NCBI GenBank assembly: GCA_964592105.1
Contig: CAZQBL010000007.1
Location: forward strand, 58,013-122,012
Length of the DNA: 64,000 nt
DNA from: an uncultured Gammaproteobacteria bacterium
GTDB lineage: Bacteria; Patescibacteriota; Patescibacteriia; UBA10025; JAHIVO01
Direction: 5' to 3'
The notes beneath the pieces were generated by a model. The model did no database searches. It was not told where the DNA came from and saw only the letters and a program-made list of their open reading frames with translations. Numbering within the stretch: the stretch's first letter is position 1; every line of letters begins with the position of its first letter. This document shows positions 62,068 through 64,000 of this stretch, in pieces. The translations under genes were made by a program, and so were the position numbers.

Positions 62068-62092
62068 GCTGGTATTTTACCGGCGGTTTTTT
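62068..62092 (+). terminator. Rho-independent terminator after fbp
   Basis: GCTGGTA-TTT-TACCGGC stem-loop followed by GGTTTTTTG. Confidence 0.4.
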
Positions 62093-62188
62093 GTCTGCTT
62101 AGCAAAATTTACGAGCCGAAGTAAATAAAATAAATTAAAAATCGGTCATGAAAATTTTGTAAAGGCAAACAATCCCGCTTATCGAGTT

Positions 62189-63724
62189 TCAACTTGAGAA
62201 ACGAGATTTTTCAGTTATTTTCAAAAAGCTCTTTCTAAAAAGTATAAATATCAAAATTCCATAACCTACTACTAGCCACCACCAACTGATATTGCCAATT
62301 GAAAATGAGGCGAAATTTAACGTTGAAAATTTTTCCACAATAAATATTATATAACTTAAGATTGTCCAGACAATCCAGGCGGAAATATGTCCCGCCGGAA
62401 GCCAGACCAGAGATAATAATCCGGTCATAAACCCAAAACCCATGGCTACTGGTATAGCCGGCAAAATCAAAACATTGACCAAGGGTGCGACTAAAGAAAA
62501 TCTCCCGAACTGCCACAGAATCAAAGGCGTGGTCATGATAATAGCGGACAAAGTCGCGGTCAGAGTCTGCCTGATCTCCAAAATTTGCGGCAGCCAAGAC
62601 AACCATCGTTCTAAAAACGGCGAGAGATAAACCAAACCAATAGTCGCCAGAAACGACAATTGAAATCCCGTGTCAAAAAATAATACTTTAGGATTAATCA
62701 GAACCATGATCCCCGCCGTTACCGCCAGCGCGTTAGTTATCCGGCTCAAACGCCCCAGTTGCCTAGCTAGTAAAACCAGCATACCCATAATCCCCGCCCG
62801 CACCACCGAGGCCTGGGCTCCGGTCATCAAGACAAAGAAAACAATGGCGCCCAGCGATACCCAAAATGATTTTTTCCGAGAAATCCACAAAGACCTACAC
62901 ACACTCAATATCAAAACCCCAATAATAGTAATGTTATAACCGGACAAAGCCACAATGTGGGTAGTGCCGGTGCGGTTGAAACTGGCCATCAGATCATCGG
63001 GAATGGATTTTTTGGTCCCCAAAATCAAGCCGCCCAGAAAAGAGGCCTGCGGTTCTGGCAGGACCTGTCCAATAGCTTGCATAAATTGGTTTTTAACCGA
63101 CAGTAGTCCGGACATAATCAAATTGCCCTGATCGTGCGCCAAAACCTTAATTTCTGGACGGTAACAAACCGAATAGATGCCGTATCTAGCTAAATATTTA
63201 TCATAGGCAAAATCTCGCTGTCCTGCCTCTGACTCAAAAGTCAAAGCTACCGGCGTCTGGAGTTGACATTTAATATCCAGTAAATCACCATAGCGGTATT
63301 CGGGATACAAATTTGTTTTAACCAAAACCTTGCCCGTAACAAACGCGGGCATATTGGCCAAGCCCCTCACAATATTTGTCGTCAACTTGACATGATCTTT
63401 TCTGACATCCGGCTCCGCACTAACGAGACCGGCCCAGCTGACCTCCTTATTATTATAAAACTGAATGTTTTGAGTCGTCAGCCTAGGTACGGAAAAATCA
63501 TATCTGAAAACACCCAGACCGAAAAAGATAAGCAAAAAACCTATTAAACGACCACGGTGGTTTTGCCAAAAAAACGTAATGACTAAAATGCCCACCAAGC
63601 ATAGGGCGTAAATTGCAAGAAACGAAGTCGGCACCACAGACCCAAAACCCACGCCGATAATAAAAGCCAGAGATATGATTAAGAATAATTTTGGTCTGGA
63701 TCGTGTCGTCATAAACCGATACAA
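62189..63724 (-). CDS. comEC: ComEC/Rec2 competence protein, membrane channel part (DUF4131 + Competence domain), lacking the MBL domain
   Basis: 511 aa, ~10 TM helices; ComEC competence-domain sequence (GTTHIVALSGYNITIIG...LVLLARQLGR...). The MBL domain is encoded separately at 59918..60778. Confidence 0.75.
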   Translation of the reverse strand: MYRFMTTRSRPKLFLIISLAFIIGVGFGSVVPTSFLAIYALCLVGILVITFFWQNHRGRLIGFLLIFFGLGVFRYDFSVPRLTTQNIQFYNNKEVSWAGLVSAEPDVRKDHVKLTTNIVRGLANMPAFVTGKVLVKTNLYPEYRYGDLLDIKCQLQTPVALTFESEAGQRDFAYDKYLARYGIYSVCYRPEIKVLAHDQGNLIMSGLLSVKNQFMQAIGQVLPEPQASFLGGLILGTKKSIPDDLMASFNRTGTTHIVALSGYNITIIGVLILSVCRSLWISRKKSFWVSLGAIVFFVLMTGAQASVVRAGIMGMLVLLARQLGRLSRITNALAVTAGIMVLINPKVLFFDTGFQLSFLATIGLVYLSPFLERWLSWLPQILEIRQTLTATLSAIIMTTPLILWQFGRFSLVAPLVNVLILPAIPVAMGFGFMTGLLSLVWLPAGHISAWIVWTILSYIIFIVEKFSTLNFASFSIGNISWWWLVVGYGILIFILFRKSFLKITEKSRFSS

Positions 63725-64000
63725 TCAATCTCAATTAAAAAATTATCAATTCCCGGCGCTAGAATAAAGATAATCCATGGGCTTAGACACTAACCCTGCG
63801 TGTATGGAATTTTGGTGGATGTAATTTAATTTATGCCGCATTTTTCTAGGAGGATATATATTGAAGTAGTAAAATGTTTTTTCCTATATTTTATTGACTG
63901 AAAGAATGTGGACAATCCTATTATTAATCCCATAATGGACATCGGGCAGCGACGAGTCCTTGCTCACTGCTTTGGAATAGAGCGAAAATGAGAGCTTTCG

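Overview
This 64 kb window is low-GC (~40%), densely coded bacterial chromosome with mostly minus-strand housekeeping genes. The reduced gene content, many small membrane proteins, a T4SS-pilin-like protein, GT4/GT-C glycosyltransferases and giant repeat surface proteins suggest (inference) a Patescibacteria/CPR-like organism.

Main gene content (all calls by eye from motifs and domain order):
- a UvrD/PcrA helicase fused to a Cas4-like PD-(D/E)XK nuclease;
- a complete F1Fo ATP synthase operon (atpZ-like, atpB, E, F, H, A, G, D, C) followed directly by a Cab-type beta-carbonic anhydrase;
- rmuC, tatD, cvpA, metG, rsmI, an AI-2E transporter, an M16 peptidase and glyQS;
- a membrane-anchored ClpC-like AAA+ ATPase, pgpA, a GNAT, a DsbA-like protein, tgt, a CDP-alcohol phosphatidyltransferase, recO and ileS;
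- two GT4 loci, argS, smpB followed by a tmRNA (ssrA), and infC-rpmI-rplT with a probable AUU start on infC;
- tRNA-Asp(GTC), an MFS transporter, two giant cell-surface repeat proteins (FN3-like; NHL + FG-GAP) beside a GT-C glycosyltransferase, and an SPFH/flotillin-like protein;
- a comEC locus whose membrane part and MBL part are separated by an oppositely oriented, GC-rich (~54%) fructose-1,6-bisphosphate aldolase/phosphatase gene, a likely horizontal acquisition.

No CRISPR array, transposase, integrase or reverse transcriptase is recognisable.

Four ORF disruptions sit at short homopolymers (a HIT gene at two sites, the MFS gene, and the start of a small Cys-rich protein). These are either real decay or assembly indels.

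Several Rho-independent terminators, one sigma70-like promoter and a structured argS leader are also noted.
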